A stretch of DNA of 63,991 nucleotides, the filler included, from Basidiobolus ranarum (taxonomy: Eukaryota): assembly GCA_040143965.1 (NCBI GenBank). It is 3 parts of 3 records of this genome, joined end to end, with 100 filler letters (N's around TTAATTAATTAA, not from the genome) between each part and the next. Parts side by side here need not be neighbours in the genome. Positions count along the whole stretch, not along the records: positions 21,736 to 43,341 come from JASJQH010007076.1; positions 43,442 to 63,991 come from JASJQH010007101.1; 1 more part is not named here. One strand, written 5' to 3'. Below, in pieces: positions 37,264 to 49,810 of this stretch (position 1 is its first letter; the number at the start of each line of letters is the position of its first letter). The notes beneath the pieces are model-generated. The model did not search any database. It was not told where the DNA came from and saw only the letters and a list, made by a program, of their open reading frames with translations. A program made the position numbers and the translations under genes.

Positions 37264-37655
37264 TTAATCGAAAAGACCGAAGCCCATATCGTCATCAGAC
37301 TCTTCCTTAGCCTCTTCCTTCTCTTCAGCGGCAGGGGCATCTTGGGCAGCGGCGGCACCAGCAGCACCACCAGCAGCGGCGGGAGCAGATCCAGCGGAAC
37401 CAACGTTCATCAACAAATCACTGAGGTTCTTACCGGCCAAAGCCTTGGCGAAAAGGGAAGCCCAGACAGGTTCGACATCAACATTGGCAGCCTTGGTAAG
37501 GGTGGCAAGTTTATCGGCCTAAATATTGAGAGCAACAAGTTAATATATGATTGATGCTAAATGGTGCGCATATGCTTTGATGAACTTACGGTGATCTCAA
37601 CACCGTCGTCTTGAAGGATGAGGGCAGCGTAGACAATAGCTTGTTCGGCAGACAT
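37264..37655 (-). CDS. RPP1: 60S acidic ribosomal protein P1 (2 exons)
   Basis: [49 protein letters not shown]...[13 protein letters not shown]. Confidence 0.96.
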
Positions 37656-39049
37656 CTTAAATTGGATGGTTGCAAAGGAGAAGGATCCAGCACTTGTCAC
37701 TTACTCCTTTTTGTTAGATCCCGTTCATACAGTCCAGGGTATTTTCTTTTTTTTTTTTGCGCTTTCAATTTTTTAATGGATACCCCCTGTTTCTACACGA
37801 ATCAGATCTGATCAAAAGAACCCAAGAAAATTCATCTAATTTCTAACGCATATCCCAATTATCTAGATCAAACATCCAAAATCGAATTAAGTACCCCATA
37901 ATACTTAACTGTTGGAACTCCACATGTATTATTAGAGTTATTCTTAGATATATGCTTGGAATTTTACGAGACAACTCGACCGAAATCACTACAAAATTAT
38001 CTCTTCTCTTTACTAAGTGAATGGCACAACTTAATCTAAAATGTATGCTTAATATTTTTAGACTGGTGTAACTGATTTTTATATGTAGTAAATTTAACAT
38101 GAAGTTAGCGCCAAATTAAGCAAACTTGCTTATGCCCAATAAAGAAAACCAAGAGAGAAATCAAATTGTATCATAAATCCAAAAGTTAATTGAATAGCTC
38201 TTTTCATACATAACCAAAAATCTCCATTTTCATCGGGGGACATATAAGCAAAAATACCCATCAATTTTCCACACTTTTGGGTTAATAAATGTCTTATCTT
38301 GTTCATTGAATTTCGATATATGATTGGAAGAAAATTTGGAGAATTCTATATTAACTTAGGAATATTAGCGTATTTGATGATTAAAAAATCCCAATTCTGT
38401 TCTCGCGATAAAGTATTTAGTGTATGTAGGGTATCCAGATATGTAACATAATAAAATATCTGATCTGTTGTTGAAGCAATTAGAATGGTAAAAAGATCAA
38501 GTAAATCTCTAATTAATCATTATTTGTTGAAATATTAAGTTTATGCTTAGAATACCGAAGCTTTATTATTTTGAATATTTCGTGACTAAAATGTACCTCA
38601 GAAATATCGAGAAAAGTTCAATAGTCCAAACTTGACCAAAACTCGCTAAATTGTTTCCCATACTTTTTCTAGTAGAAAGGCAATGTTTATACATTTCTTC
38701 AGTGCCAACCCAAGTGTAAATATTAAGTTTCAATTTAATTCAATAATAATTATCCAATTTAAACCATTGCAATTCAAATCCATTTAGAAAAATGGAATTA
38801 AAATGACGATGACTTGTATTTGTTGCCTGCATCTTAGAATATCGAACTATTTATTGAATCACACCTCAGTTAGTTAACATTGTGTAGTGAATTATCAATC
38901 AGCCCGCATACAAAACTTCAATTCAGGATAATAAACATCTCTGTACTTCTTACGCTCCTCTCCATAAGTTTCACATTGTCTGGATCAATTTTTACAAATA
39001 TATCATTCTCGGAAAATAAGTATGTATCTTTCAAATGTAAAGTTACTTT

Positions 39050-39599
39050 TATTAGAATTAGCATTGCCTAAACACCTATATAGTCATATAGAGCTTATTA
39101 TTTAGTTATCCTATATTTCACTAGGATATCACTCACTATTCGTTATTCTCAATTGGAGTTCACTTCAACATTTTTACCCACTTAGAAGTTCTCAGATATA
39201 CAGATCTTGCAAACTTGTGCTAGAAGACCCAAACGTTGCACACATGTTCCTGCAACATTCCTTACCACATTCTACACATTTGTTTGTCTACATTTTGACA
39301 AAACTATAAATAGCAACATTCCTCTCAATATATCAATAACTGAAAACCACCAATTGCTCTAATTCTGTGGTTTTGTCAAGATGTAAGCAAATTAACATGA
39401 GGAATGTGTTACAAAAGGTCCCAGGAATATATGTGCAAAGTTTGGGGCTTCTGGCACAAGTTTGAAAAATATATATATCTGAAAACTTCAAAGTAAATTC
39501 CAATTGAGAATAATGGATAATATCTTATTGAAATATAAGATAACTAAGTACTAAGCTGTATATGACTATATAGGTGTTTAGGCAATGCCAATTTCAACA
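39050..39599. repeat. Two truncated copia LTRs joined tail-to-tail (plus 39050-39366, minus 39367-39599)
   Basis: The first part matches the family LTR forward. The second matches its reverse complement and ends precisely in TTTCAACA. Confidence 0.85.
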
Positions 39600-39783
39600 G
39601 AACCAATTATCAAGTGTGGAAAATCAAAATCATAATGCTGCTGCAAGAAAGGGACTATGGTATACTGTTATAGGAAAAGAAAACAGTGCAAAATTATTTG
39701 AAATCAAAAGTTACTCCAGGTTGAAACAACACCTGTGTTGAAGTTAAAGCTAAATTGCTAATTCAATGCTCAAGAGTCAAAAC

Positions 39784-40065
39784 TGTTGAAAGTCTGGTGA
39801 CTTGTGGTACAAGCAGTAATTCCCAAAGAGGAAAATATGGAGTATGGTGACTGAATCTGAACACAAAGTCTAAGGCCAATCAGTTGCTTGTATAGTTGAA
39901 ATGCCAAAGTATCATACATTGATGGACTAGGTTAAGGTTACCTAGCAATATAGGCATAGCATACAAGGACTGGTAGCTCAGTGGTTAGAGCACCTTGCTA
40001 GAGTGAAGGAGGTCTCAGGTTCAAATCCTGGCCAGACCAATATTTCTCCCTAAATAATTTCAATA
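39784..40065. mobile_element. 282-bp solo-LTR-like insertion of a different family, with 5-bp TSD AAAAC, carrying a tRNA-like cassette
   Basis: Ends are TGTTGAAA...TTTCAATA, with AAAAC at 39779-39783 and 40066-40070. Removing the insert restores colinearity with the gag copy near 16910-16960. Confidence 0.8.
39967..40039 (+). ncRNA. tRNA-like sequence (degenerate, anticodon position reads AGA) inside the LTR-like insertion
   Basis: GGACTGGTAGCTCAGTGGTTAGAGCACCTTGCTAGAGTGAAGGAGGTCTCAGGTTCAAATCCTGGCCAGACCA is 73 nt with an A box, a B box and intact D and T arms. The acceptor and anticodon stems each have one mismatch. Confidence 0.8.
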
Positions 40066-41158
40066 AAAACCACTAAGAAGGTATGGAAAGCCTTGGAAGA
40101 CACCTACCAAACAAACTCTCCTACCAATAAGATCTTTTTAGAAAGACAATTCTTTAACTTAAATATAAAGCCAGGAGAAGACATTAAATATCCAAATAAC
40201 AAAGTCACTATTTTAGTGGATGAAAAGCAATTCATTGAAGTACCTACTATTTATCAGGACATTGTAGTTACATTCCTGGATAGCTGGCTACATGAGTTTC
40301 AGTGCCTAGTTGTTGCTCTAGAATCAAGAACTGACAATTTTACCTTAAATTGTGTATTTGTCAGACTCCTGTAAAAGAATTGGAAAAGAAGAAAAATATA
40401 CAAAATCTGTAAATGTGGTTATAATAGAAGATCACTTGCTCATATCTGCTCTATCTATGACTACTAATAGGGATCCTCAGATATGGTATATTGTCACTGT
40501 AGCATCTCAACATTTTATAAATATAAGATGTTTGCTTGTGGATTATCAAGAAATCCTAATTAGAAATGTTTCATAGGAGATGGCCTTACACAGAATGCCC
40601 TTTGAATGGCATCAACTCAAACCAATTTAACTGGTGCTTCTGAGGACAAAGTGTATACTGTTAAAAGCATACTACATGTTCCAGATATTGCCAAGAATTT
40701 GATATCTATATGCAAGGCCACCTAAGAAGGGCTAGGATTTATTTTGATAAGTCAGAATGCACCAACACTGATGAAAATGGGAGATATTTACCTTCAGGAG
40801 AAAAGGATTGGAACTTATACAAGTTTACATATAATCCAAGGGGTTTATGTACAAATATAAGTTGTTCCAATCAAGAAAATATTTGATTATGGCAAAGAGG
40901 TTGGGCTGTATATGACTTAATGATTTGTGCAAAATGATCAAAAATTGCCTAATTTCTGGAATTCAAATTATCCCCTCCAACTAAAATGGATATTTGTGAG
41001 GGCTTGTATATTGAAAAAAGCCAGGCAACTGTTCAAGAGCTGTGGCTTAATCAAATCTGTTAAAAAACCAGATGTAATTCATTGAGATTTGTGTGGACCT
41101 ATGAAAAATTTATCTTTAGATGGAAATGGTACTCAATCACATTTGTTGCTGCTTATAA

Positions 41159-41506
41159 TGTTGAAGTATTTAAGAGCCTGTTGGAAGTGGCTTGGAGAAT
41201 TAGAGGAATTGGTGGTTTTCACTTGTTGATTTATTGAGTAGAAAGTTGACTTTTATAGTTTTGTCAAGATGTAAACAAGCTAACATGTAGAATATGTTAA
41301 GGAAGGTCCCAGGAACATGTGCGCAAAGTTTGAGGCTTCTAGCACAAGTTTGAAAAATCTATATATCTGAGAACTTCTAAGTTGGTGTCAATATTCTAAG
41401 TAAATTCCGATTGAGAATAATTGGTAATCTCTTAGTGAAATATAAGATAACTGAATACTAAGCTATATATGACTATATAGGTGTTTAGGCAATGCTAATT
41501 TCAACA
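41159..41506 (-). repeat. Full-length copia LTR, inverted relative to the adjacent internal fragment
   Basis: Runs TGTTGAAG...TTTCAACA and matches 17231-17577 and 1286-1614. The flanks TATAA and CCATT do not form a TSD. Confidence 0.9.
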
Positions 41507-42042
41507 CCATTTAGAAATCCACTCGATGTATCAATGAGAAATTACTTATTTCCCACGTAAATATATTAGTGAGGGTCAACCTTAACTGGGGCGAAGGTTC
41601 TTGATCGAAACCAATGAGCAGATCTACCTGTAATTGTACGTGGAAATATTTTTATTCAGAACACAAAATATGGGTCACTAATATATCATGGTTTAATCAA
41701 ATACGTATAATAAAGAAAAACACTACTATTGAGTACGGAAAAGGATTATTCCTTAATGCGAAATAGGGAAATTTTGTGAAGTGATGAAAATTAACGTTTA
41801 CCAAGTGATATTAAGTAGGTGGTCAACCCTTTTACATACCAATAAAAAAGTATGCTAAACTAAGAACAAGAAATTACGAGGGCAATCCATATCTTCGGTA
41901 TAGTGGACAAAATGGAATTTGCTATTCCAAATAATAAATGATCTTACTAGAGGTCAATTTGAGTGGAGATGTATATGTATAAGTGATGCGTGCGAGGAAG
42001 AATTGATTTGGATAGCACAGTATTCAGAATCAACATTAGATT

Positions 42043-43341
42043 TTAACAGACTGGAACATTTACCGCCAAGCCACCTTGACTGGTTTCCTTATATTTGCTT
42101 TGCATATCCAAGCCAGTTTGTCTCATACTCTCAATAACTTGGTCGAGAGTTACACGATGAAGACCATCACCATTCAGCGCTAACTGGGCTGCGGTGACGG
42201 CCTTCACAGCACCAAGAGCATTTCTTTCGATGCAAGGAATTTGTACAAGTCCATCGATAGGATCACAGGTTAATCCCAAGTTATGTTCCATACCAATCTC
42301 TGCTGCATTTTCTACTTGCTCAACTGTACCGCCCATAACTGCGGCAAAACCTGCGGCAGACATCGAGCAGGCAACACCAACTTCTCCTTGACAACCGACT
42401 TCTGCGGCACTGATACTAGCGCCTCTCTTGTACAACATACCAATGGCTGCTGAGGTCAATAAGAATTCCATAACATCCTTCTCTGGGTCATCAGATATGA
42501 ATTCCAGATAGTACTTCAGTACAGCGGGAATGACACCACTGGCACCGTTAGTTGGTGCGGTAACTACACGACCTCCAGCAGCATTTTCTTCGTTCACCGC
42601 AATGGCATAGACTGATAGATAGTCTAAAGCTGGAAGAGATAAGCGCTTTGGTGTTCTACGGGGAAGATACACTCTACTTAATCCAGTTTCAGATGTACTA
42701 TTTTCGGTGTTTGCGGTAAGAGATTCCTCTTTGCTTGGCTCGGATGCTATCGATGAGGAACTATATCCAACGGAGTTGTTATTATAAAGACCGCGAAGGA
42801 GCTTTTTATAGAGACTAGGTGCTCTTCTCTTGGCGGACAATCTTCCAGGAAGATACTCTTCGTTACTGAGGCAACCATTTTTGATTGAGAAGTCCATTGT
42901 ATTCCAGATGGCAAACAACTGAGCTTTGATTTCTTCAGGTGTTCTCCATTGAAGTTCGTTCTCATAAACGACTTGGGCAACCGTCATGTTTTGCTTGCGA
43001 CATACTTCGAGCAAATCCTCCGCATTGGTAAAAGGTAATGCAGCAATAACCAAATCCTGGTTCTTACGCTCGTCATCACCAGCTACCATAGAAGAAGATT
43101 CTTTAACATCTTTGAAGTAAACGTTTTGTCCATGAGCAACGTGAGTAGCTTCGTTAACTACGAAACCTCCACCAATTGAGAAATACTCGTTTGTCGCAAG
43201 CATATCACCATTCTCGTCGAAAACAGTGAAGCGCATTCCATTAGGATGTTGAGGGAGTGACTCGAAATAATGGAAAACTAATTGGTTTGTAGGGTCGATG
43301 TTGAGATTTTGAGTACCATTAATGGCGGTGGTTTTGTTCTC
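42043..43341 (-). CDS. sdaA: Fe-S-dependent L-serine dehydratase (SdaA-type), 5'-truncated by the gap
   Basis: Motifs [66 protein letters not shown] and [11 protein letters not shown]. The frame is open up to the N run. Confidence 0.93.
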   Translation of the reverse strand, partial: ENKTTAINGTQNLNIDPTNQLVFHYFESLPQHPNGMRFTVFDENGDMLATNEYFSIGGGFVVNEATHVAHGQNVYFKDVKESSSMVAGDDERKNQDLVIAALPFTNAEDLLEVCRKQNMTVAQVVYENELQWRTPEEIKAQLFAIWNTMDFSIKNGCLSNEEYLPGRLSAKRRAPSLYKKLLRGLYNNNSVGYSSSSIASEPSKEESLTANTENSTSETGLSRVYLPRRTPKRLSLPALDYLSVYAIAVNEENAAGGRVVTAPTNGASGVIPAVLKYYLEFISDDPEKDVMEFLLTSAAIGMLYKRGASISAAEVGCQGEVGVACSMSAAGFAAVMGGTVEQVENAAEIGMEHNLGLTCDPIDGLVQIPCIERNALGAVKAVTAAQLALNGDGLHRVTLDQVIESMRQTGLDMQSKYKETSQGGLAVNVPVC

Positions 43342-43441
43342 NNNNNNNNNNNNNNNNNNNNNNNNNNNNNNNNNNNNNNNNNNNNTTAATTAATTAANNN
43401 NNNNNNNNNNNNNNNNNNNNNNNNNNNNNNNNNNNNNNNNN
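43342..43441. other. Artificial 100-nt N spacer with a six-frame stop linker
   Basis: N44-TTAATTAATTAA-N44. Confidence 0.97.
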
Positions 43442-43728
43442 CCACCCCATGGCTTGGAGCTCATGTCCCCGTATTGACAAATATAGCAATCCTTCATCCA
43501 CTGATCCCCTCCCATATGTCTCAGATACTTATTGACACTTCAAATCTTGGAACAACTGGTGACTTGGAATTCACTAGTATATCTTTTCTTCCTTATGGCC
43601 CTCACTAAATAAACAAAGTTCTTCCCTATGATTGACCTGGTTTTATTACCTGCAAGCCCTTTGGGATATGCTGAAGCAGCGCAAATCACATGAAGATATC
43701 TTGATGAAGAAAGGGTGAGCATCGGGGG

Positions 43729-45526
43729 CTAGGCTCCGACACAGAAGAGCCGCCCAAAGGCAGCAAGCAGATTCATGCTACACACAGTAAGCAGGGAAGT
43801 GGCTGAAGTGTTTGCTGACTAAACGATGATGTGAGGTTAGTGGCTTTGCAGGGATGGGAAAGCGCGTCCATTACAACTTACAAGTAGCAATATTGTGGCC
43901 ACAAAGATATTCAATGGAATCCCAAACAGGTTCATGATGGTGGACCGAGAGTTCTCGGGTATGTAGTTGCTTCTCAGCGTTCCCATCATGGGGAAATACA
44001 TCCCGCATGCGAATTCAAATGCATTGAAGCACCAGAAAATCCAATTCTGGGTCTACATTCACGATATCACCAGAATGGTTATTGTTTTGGCTCAAAGTAA
44101 ACACTGCTACGCTTTCTTACCTGAATCAACTTGGTACTGATCAATGCCAAGCCTGAAACTAGAAAACATATCTTTCCTATATCAGTAATGGACCACTGAC
44201 GATCGCACAAATATTGGAAGCTTAAAGAGCCAATCATCATAGACACCATAAAGCTGGAGAAAATGATGCCGTATGGAAGTTCCTTTTGGTCGACTACAAA
44301 CAGTTGGTGAATGGATTGCACAGATGATTGATAGTTATGTTGAACGCATTACCACTGGCAGCCTCTAAAATTGGTCCCCATAAAGATATCACGCTGAACA
44401 TGGCGCCTTCGAACAACACCTGGAGCATACCGACCAAGGCAATTCTACGGTCTGTATTGAAATCGATAAACAAAGAGCAGTAGAAAGGGGCTGCTTGACT
44501 ACGTTACCTTGCGTAATTTGTTTCAACGAATTCAAAAGTGCATCTGTCGTTTTTTCGGATTTCTGTTGAAATGGGTATCAATGAAACGAAGCATCTCGAT
44601 TTCTTGTTAGTTCTCTCACCTCAGTATTGCCATAGTTCTCATTCCATAGAGAGTATATCAACACTGCTCCAGTGAAGAATACTACAATAGCGGCATAAAA
44701 TGGAGCAGAATTACCCGCGCGTGAAACTAGGGAGTCTGCAAATAAACCACATAATATGGCTATGAGGCCATTAAGAAATGTTCCCCATGAGAAGGTTTGA
44801 GACAACATGGGTGTTGTAAAACCTAAACAGCAAGACATACAACTAAATTAATCGGCCTAAGGTAGATTCGAATGAAAGGCTTACCCTCTTTAAAATGCTG
44901 ACTAACCATCCAAGATTCAAACACAGAATACAGCAGGGAAGTACTTATTCCTCCGATAATCTTTCCTATCATAAGTAGAGGGAAGTTCGGGATGGTGGCC
45001 AAGATGCTTGCTATAGAATACAAAACAGTAAACCATAAACAAGAGCGCTTTCTTCCGCTTTTCAAAAATGATGATTAGTTTTTTGCTTTAGACATAGTAT
45101 GTCACGAAAGACCTACTATTGATCGGAGATAGACCCAACTAACGCTCCGAAAACCGCACTTGATAAAAACCCTGTCACAAGTAAAATGGAAATTGCATTC
45201 ATCTCCAGACCGTGGCTCCTGTATAAAGAGTAGACGTATGGGCCTTGCAACCAGTCTCCAGCTAAACATTTTAAGAGTTGTAGAATAGTTTGTTTTGCAA
45301 GATTTCATAGTATAAAATCGTACTCACCCATCACTGTACAAAGAACAACTAGGTATTTATTTCGAAACCTGTTATATTCTTGCACTTTGGCCATTTCAGC
45401 TTTATCAGCTTGGTTACGCTCTTTCTTTATGTCTCCTACATCTTTCGTGGGGGACTTTCTGGAATTTAGATACGCAAAGGTTATTGCGGGAAAAGTGAGA
45501 GCGTAGAATGTCTCGGAGAAAACCAT
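43729..45526 (-). CDS. MFSD5 / molybdate-anion transporter family MFS protein (multi-exon)
   Basis: Exon fragments read DWLQGPYVYSLY, YGRKRSCL, GGISTSLLYSVFESWMVSQH, FEGAMFSVISLWGPIL, LPYGIIFSSFMVSMMIGS, FEFACGMYFP and IPENSRSTIMNLFGIPLN. Confidence 0.9.
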
Positions 45527-48331
45527 GTTTATGTGGTCAAGTATTGTTCAAAAGGGTGATGTGCTAGTTGCAGTGGTTTAGACACTTCAAAGACAGGTAG
45601 AGAACTTACAAACTAGATATAACACTGAGGTCATGACTACTATTAGTAATATATATATCACCAAGTTCAAATGAAGATATAAATTAGCATGCAAATGTTC
45701 TCCTTTTTTGTGTTGATCCCATGATTGTCATTAATATTGGTATATGCTATTGCTCTTCCATGGTACTGAGGCTTAAGGGGATATGCTCTGAAAGGGCAAG
45801 GTTTCTGGGACAATAGGATCCGAGTTACTGTATCAAATCACATATAACACGTATGAGGGATATACATACTAGATACTAAAATGAGTCTAATGGATGCCCG
45901 TTGAGGATCTTTATTGTCGTATTTCTTACTAGAACGGGTTGTGGGCTAAACAGAACAGGAAATGATCTTCAACCTCACACAACTGATTCATTCATCCCTT
46001 TGGAAGTTATTGGGTTGAATCTAACATAGTGGGAGGAAACATGTTCCCAAGTCCGCCAGCCAATTATTACCGATTTCTCCTTAAATTTGCGGCTCATTCT
46101 CCTACACTTGAGAGGTTATGATGTACCTCTGATCAATTTGTCTCAAATGACAATTTTGCACGTGGAGTAAATCTTTGGAAAGTTACCATACTGCGGCTGC
46201 CGAAATATCCCTATAGACTTGCAGGATCCATCGCTTACGTCGTCTATAAGATCTTATATTTACGTGCCATGCTGGTACTTGGTTTCTATCTCTGTAGTTG
46301 GGTACCTACTAAGCCTTTGATGTCCATCCAATCACAGAACATTTCGAAAAGTTGAATGCACCTGATAACGGTTGTTTTCCACTGTTATCTCTCCATCTGC
46401 ACATCCAAAGTCTGTAAATGGAAGAAACCTTTGCGGCATATGAAATAACTGATTTCAGTATTGATGTTCTCGCTAAAAACTTCTTTAGAAGTGCAATTAC
46501 CTACTAATCAGTATTGATTGAGGCAATCTCGTCTCGCCATTAGCAATATTGAAAGCTAAGGTGTTGTTAAACTTGGTAATCCGGATGCGATTTTTTAACA
46601 CTGGTTCTCTTGATAGAGGAGATGACCAAGATACTCTATGAAAGTTTGAAATTATAATGATTTCGGAGGGCTTATTCAGAATTGTAGAACCCTAAAAGAT
46701 TACAGTGTTTTTGAGCTGCTGGTCAAAGTGATCACTGCCACATTCTGGAGAATATTTCATCAGGCTCTTGTATCCATCACTTTTTGCCATTGTTTGAGCA
46801 GTTTAAGACAAGACGGGTGCCTATATTTTCATTTTCCTAGCAGTTCAGAAATCATGTGTTGAATGGTTGGATTTTATGGGATTATTCTAAACATAAATTT
46901 AACCTATATCAATAGTGAAACTGATTAAATATTTTGTCTGGTAAAATAGAAAATCGACAAACGAAAAGTTTGCCAGCAACCTTTCTCGAATTATTATCAT
47001 GGAGATATGTAAGCCTATCGTGAAGCAGCCAAGAATAGATCATTTTCTAGAAATCAAGCAAAATAACCACAACCTCTGGGAGGTGTCTTGGAGTAGGCGA
47101 ATGTCTACTTTCATAATCAAAGGCAGCTATGACCCTCCGTGTGGACTATTGGTTGGGATTTCAATAAACACATGAACCCAATCGAGTGTTAAGTTCGCAG
47201 TGCATATCAGCGCAATCCCAACATGAGACCAGAACAAGAGATTTCACTCCTTGGCCATTGCTGTCGATTGACACAAAACAGATAGGCCAAGCAGTCAAGT
47301 ATTGCATCAGCACGGCAGATTTACTCCTTTGTAGCCATAGCTAGGTTTCACTCGATCATATCACCTCCACCTTGGGCATCTTTGCTCAAACAAATTCTAG
47401 TTCTTAGTCAGGTGAGAATGCTTCTATGATTGGTGGGCTCATCTATGGTCATAGTGTGTCATGATCGGTAGACGATGGAAATAGCCTAGGAATCGCAGGT
47501 GATTCGAAGTAGCTGGCACTTGAATGGGGAAGTTGTACTTCGCGGGTGGGGTCCAATATAGGTCTCGGTAGAGGTAACATGAGCATGTACTCGGAGGTTG
47601 GTGATTCACGTAGCAAGGAGGAGGCCCCTTAGCCATGTACCTTGATCGAGGCGCATGTGATCAAAAATAGATATGGTTTCACTAACTTTCAATCTTATCC
47701 GAGCCATCTACTTTCAGCGATGCGGATGGGGAGCAGAGAATTAAGCATTGAAGGCTTGGGATAGGATGGCCAGCAATCAAGCTATCCTCTGAGCATTCAA
47801 TCAAGCTAATATTAGTCAAGCTACTTCCTGAATAATCGGAATCTCTGCTGATGATCATTCGGTGCCGCTGTGTAGAAGTCATTGGCTACAGCATCTGTGC
47901 TGGTAATGAAAGAATTTGATCACCCCTTCCTTGTACTGTGCATTCCCTTCCCTTTCCTATCTTCACCATCAACAAGCCATTCGGCCACCCACTGAGCGTA
48001 CTCCTGCCCATCCAATGAAAAAGGAGTTCCCCAAGATAGAAGCACCGAAATTCCTATATTTGCAAGCCATGATTTGTCCAAATCGCGGCTTTTCTAAACT
48101 GAGATAAGAGACAAGATGAGTCAATATGCTTGTATGTTGTTCAAAAGATTCCCATTTCCAGACACAAAAAAGATTATCACAAATCCGGCTGCCTCTCCGC
48201 TTTCCAAATTTAGCCTCCCATCAGCCAACCAAGCTTGGTCGTATAAAAGCCTTTGCACACTCTTCTTTTTGATTACTTTTTTCCCTATCGTTCTGGGATC
48301 CATTTCAATTTCTCTTTGATCTTAAATTTTT

Positions 48332-49810
48332 ATGACCATGACTCTTTATTCTAACCCTGAAAACAAACCTTGGTTAATTTTGAAGTTCGGCGGAACCAGT
48401 GTTGGAAAGTTCTTGGACCAAATCACTAATGTTATCATTAAGGGTGCTGTCGAGACCCATCGTGTTGTAGTTGTTTGCTCAGCTAGAAGCGGTGACACGA
48501 AATCCAAAGGAACCACCAGCAGACTGATCCGTGCTGCCGAGGAGGTTCTTGTTTCGGGTTCTAAGGGTCATCTTGAAATTGTGGCTGACATTTTGGAGGA
48601 CCATGTTGAAGCTGCCAATGCAGTCATCCAGAATGTGGAGATTCGTCAACAAGTAATCAAGGACTTGTCTGACGAATGCTCCAGACTTAAGGTATTCTTA
48701 GAGGCTGCCGAGGTTATTGACGAAGTCTCTCCTAGGTCTAAGGATATCATTATTGGCTGTGGTGAGAAACTAGCTTGTATCTTTGTTGCAGCCGCCTTAA
48801 GAGACAAGAGCGTTGACGCCCAATATGTCTCTTTGGAGAGAGTTGTCGATCAGCATTTCGAGGCAGGAAAGCTTGATCAAACTTTCTATGACTATCTCGC
48901 CGAAAGGTTCGCCTCCGAGGTGGCCCAGTGTGAAAACAGAGTACCCGTCGTTACGGGGTATTTTGGCTCCGTTCCAGGCGGTATTTTGCATAGTATTGGT
49001 AGAGGTTACACTGACCTTACCGCCGCATTATGCGCTGTTGGCCTTCGTGCTGATGAGTTGCAGGTATGGAAAGAGGTGGATGGTATCTTTACTGCTGATC
49101 CTCGTAAAGTGCCTACAGCACGTTTGTTGACTATCATCACACCCGAAGAAGCAGCTGAGTTGACGTACTACGTGTCGGAGGTCATCCACCCTTTCACCAT
49201 GGAACAAGTCATCCGTGCGCAGATTCCCATTCGTATTAAAAATGTACAGAATCCTTCAGGCAATGGAACCATCATCTTCCCTGATGGTGCAGCTAGTAAT
49301 AGAGGAAGTCCACCTCCAGCTCCTCGATTCTTACTAGAAAATGGGTATCATCTGGATCTGTCTAGAAGACATCCCACTGCCGTCACCATCAAAGATAACG
49401 TTATTGTTTTGAACGTTCACTCCAATAGAAAGTCCGTTTCGCATGGTTTCTTCGCCAACATCTTCTCCATACTGGATAGATACGGGATTATTGTCGATCT
49501 TATTTCAACCAGTGAAGTTCATGTGTCTATGGCTTTGGGTGCTAATATTCTTGAGCGCAGTCTTGAAGGCGCTCTCAATGAACTTGGAAAACTTGGTCGA
49601 GTTGATGTCATCAAAAACATGGCTATCTTAAGCTTGGTAGGTAAACAAATGCGCAACATGGTGGGTATATCTGGCTTGATGTTTACCACACTGGCGGAGG
49701 CTCAAGTGAACATTGAAATGATCTCGCAAGGAGCTTCGGAAATCAACATTTCATGTGTTATAGAAGAAAGCAAGTCAGAAGACGCACTTCGTGCAATAAA
49801 CAATACATAA
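48332..49810 (+). CDS. HOM3: Aspartokinase
   Basis: Motifs LKFGGTSVG, GRGYTDL, WKEVDGIFTADPRKVP and SEVIHPFTM, plus two ACT domains (VDLISTSEVHVS and NIEMISQGASEINISCVI). Confidence 0.96.
   Translation: MTMTLYSNPENKPWLILKFGGTSVGKFLDQITNVIIKGAVETHRVVVVCSARSGDTKSKGTTSRLIRAAEEVLVSGSKGHLEIVADILEDHVEAANAVIQNVEIRQQVIKDLSDECSRLKVFLEAAEVIDEVSPRSKDIIIGCGEKLACIFVAAALRDKSVDAQYVSLERVVDQHFEAGKLDQTFYDYLAERFASEVAQCENRVPVVTGYFGSVPGGILHSIGRGYTDLTAALCAVGLRADELQVWKEVDGIFTADPRKVPTARLLTIITPEEAAELTYYVSEVIHPFTMEQVIRAQIPIRIKNVQNPSGNGTIIFPDGAASNRGSPPPAPRFLLENGYHLDLSRRHPTAVTIKDNVIVLNVHSNRKSVSHGFFANIFSILDRYGIIVDLISTSEVHVSMALGANILERSLEGALNELGKLGRVDVIKNMAILSLVGKQMRNMVGISGLMFTTLAEAQVNIEMISQGASEINISCVIEESKSEDALRAINNT

Larger units (their letters stand above)
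39600..41158 (+). mobile_element. Decayed copia gag-protease-integrase fragment, interrupted by 39784-40065
   Basis: Contains TNYQVWKIKI.MLLQERDY, ALEDTYQT, LVVALESR, QIWYIVTVASQH, ICEGLY and IH*DLCGPM. It is paralogous to 15530-17197. Confidence 0.9.

Noticed and set aside
39967-40039. Functional tRNA-Ser(AGA) gene
   Set aside because: It has no long variable arm, has stem mismatches and no T4 terminator, and lies inside a TSD-flanked insertion.
45600-48300. Long intergenic region with short ORFs (similarly 23300-25900)
   Set aside because: I found no recognisable protein, RNA or repeat signal by eye.
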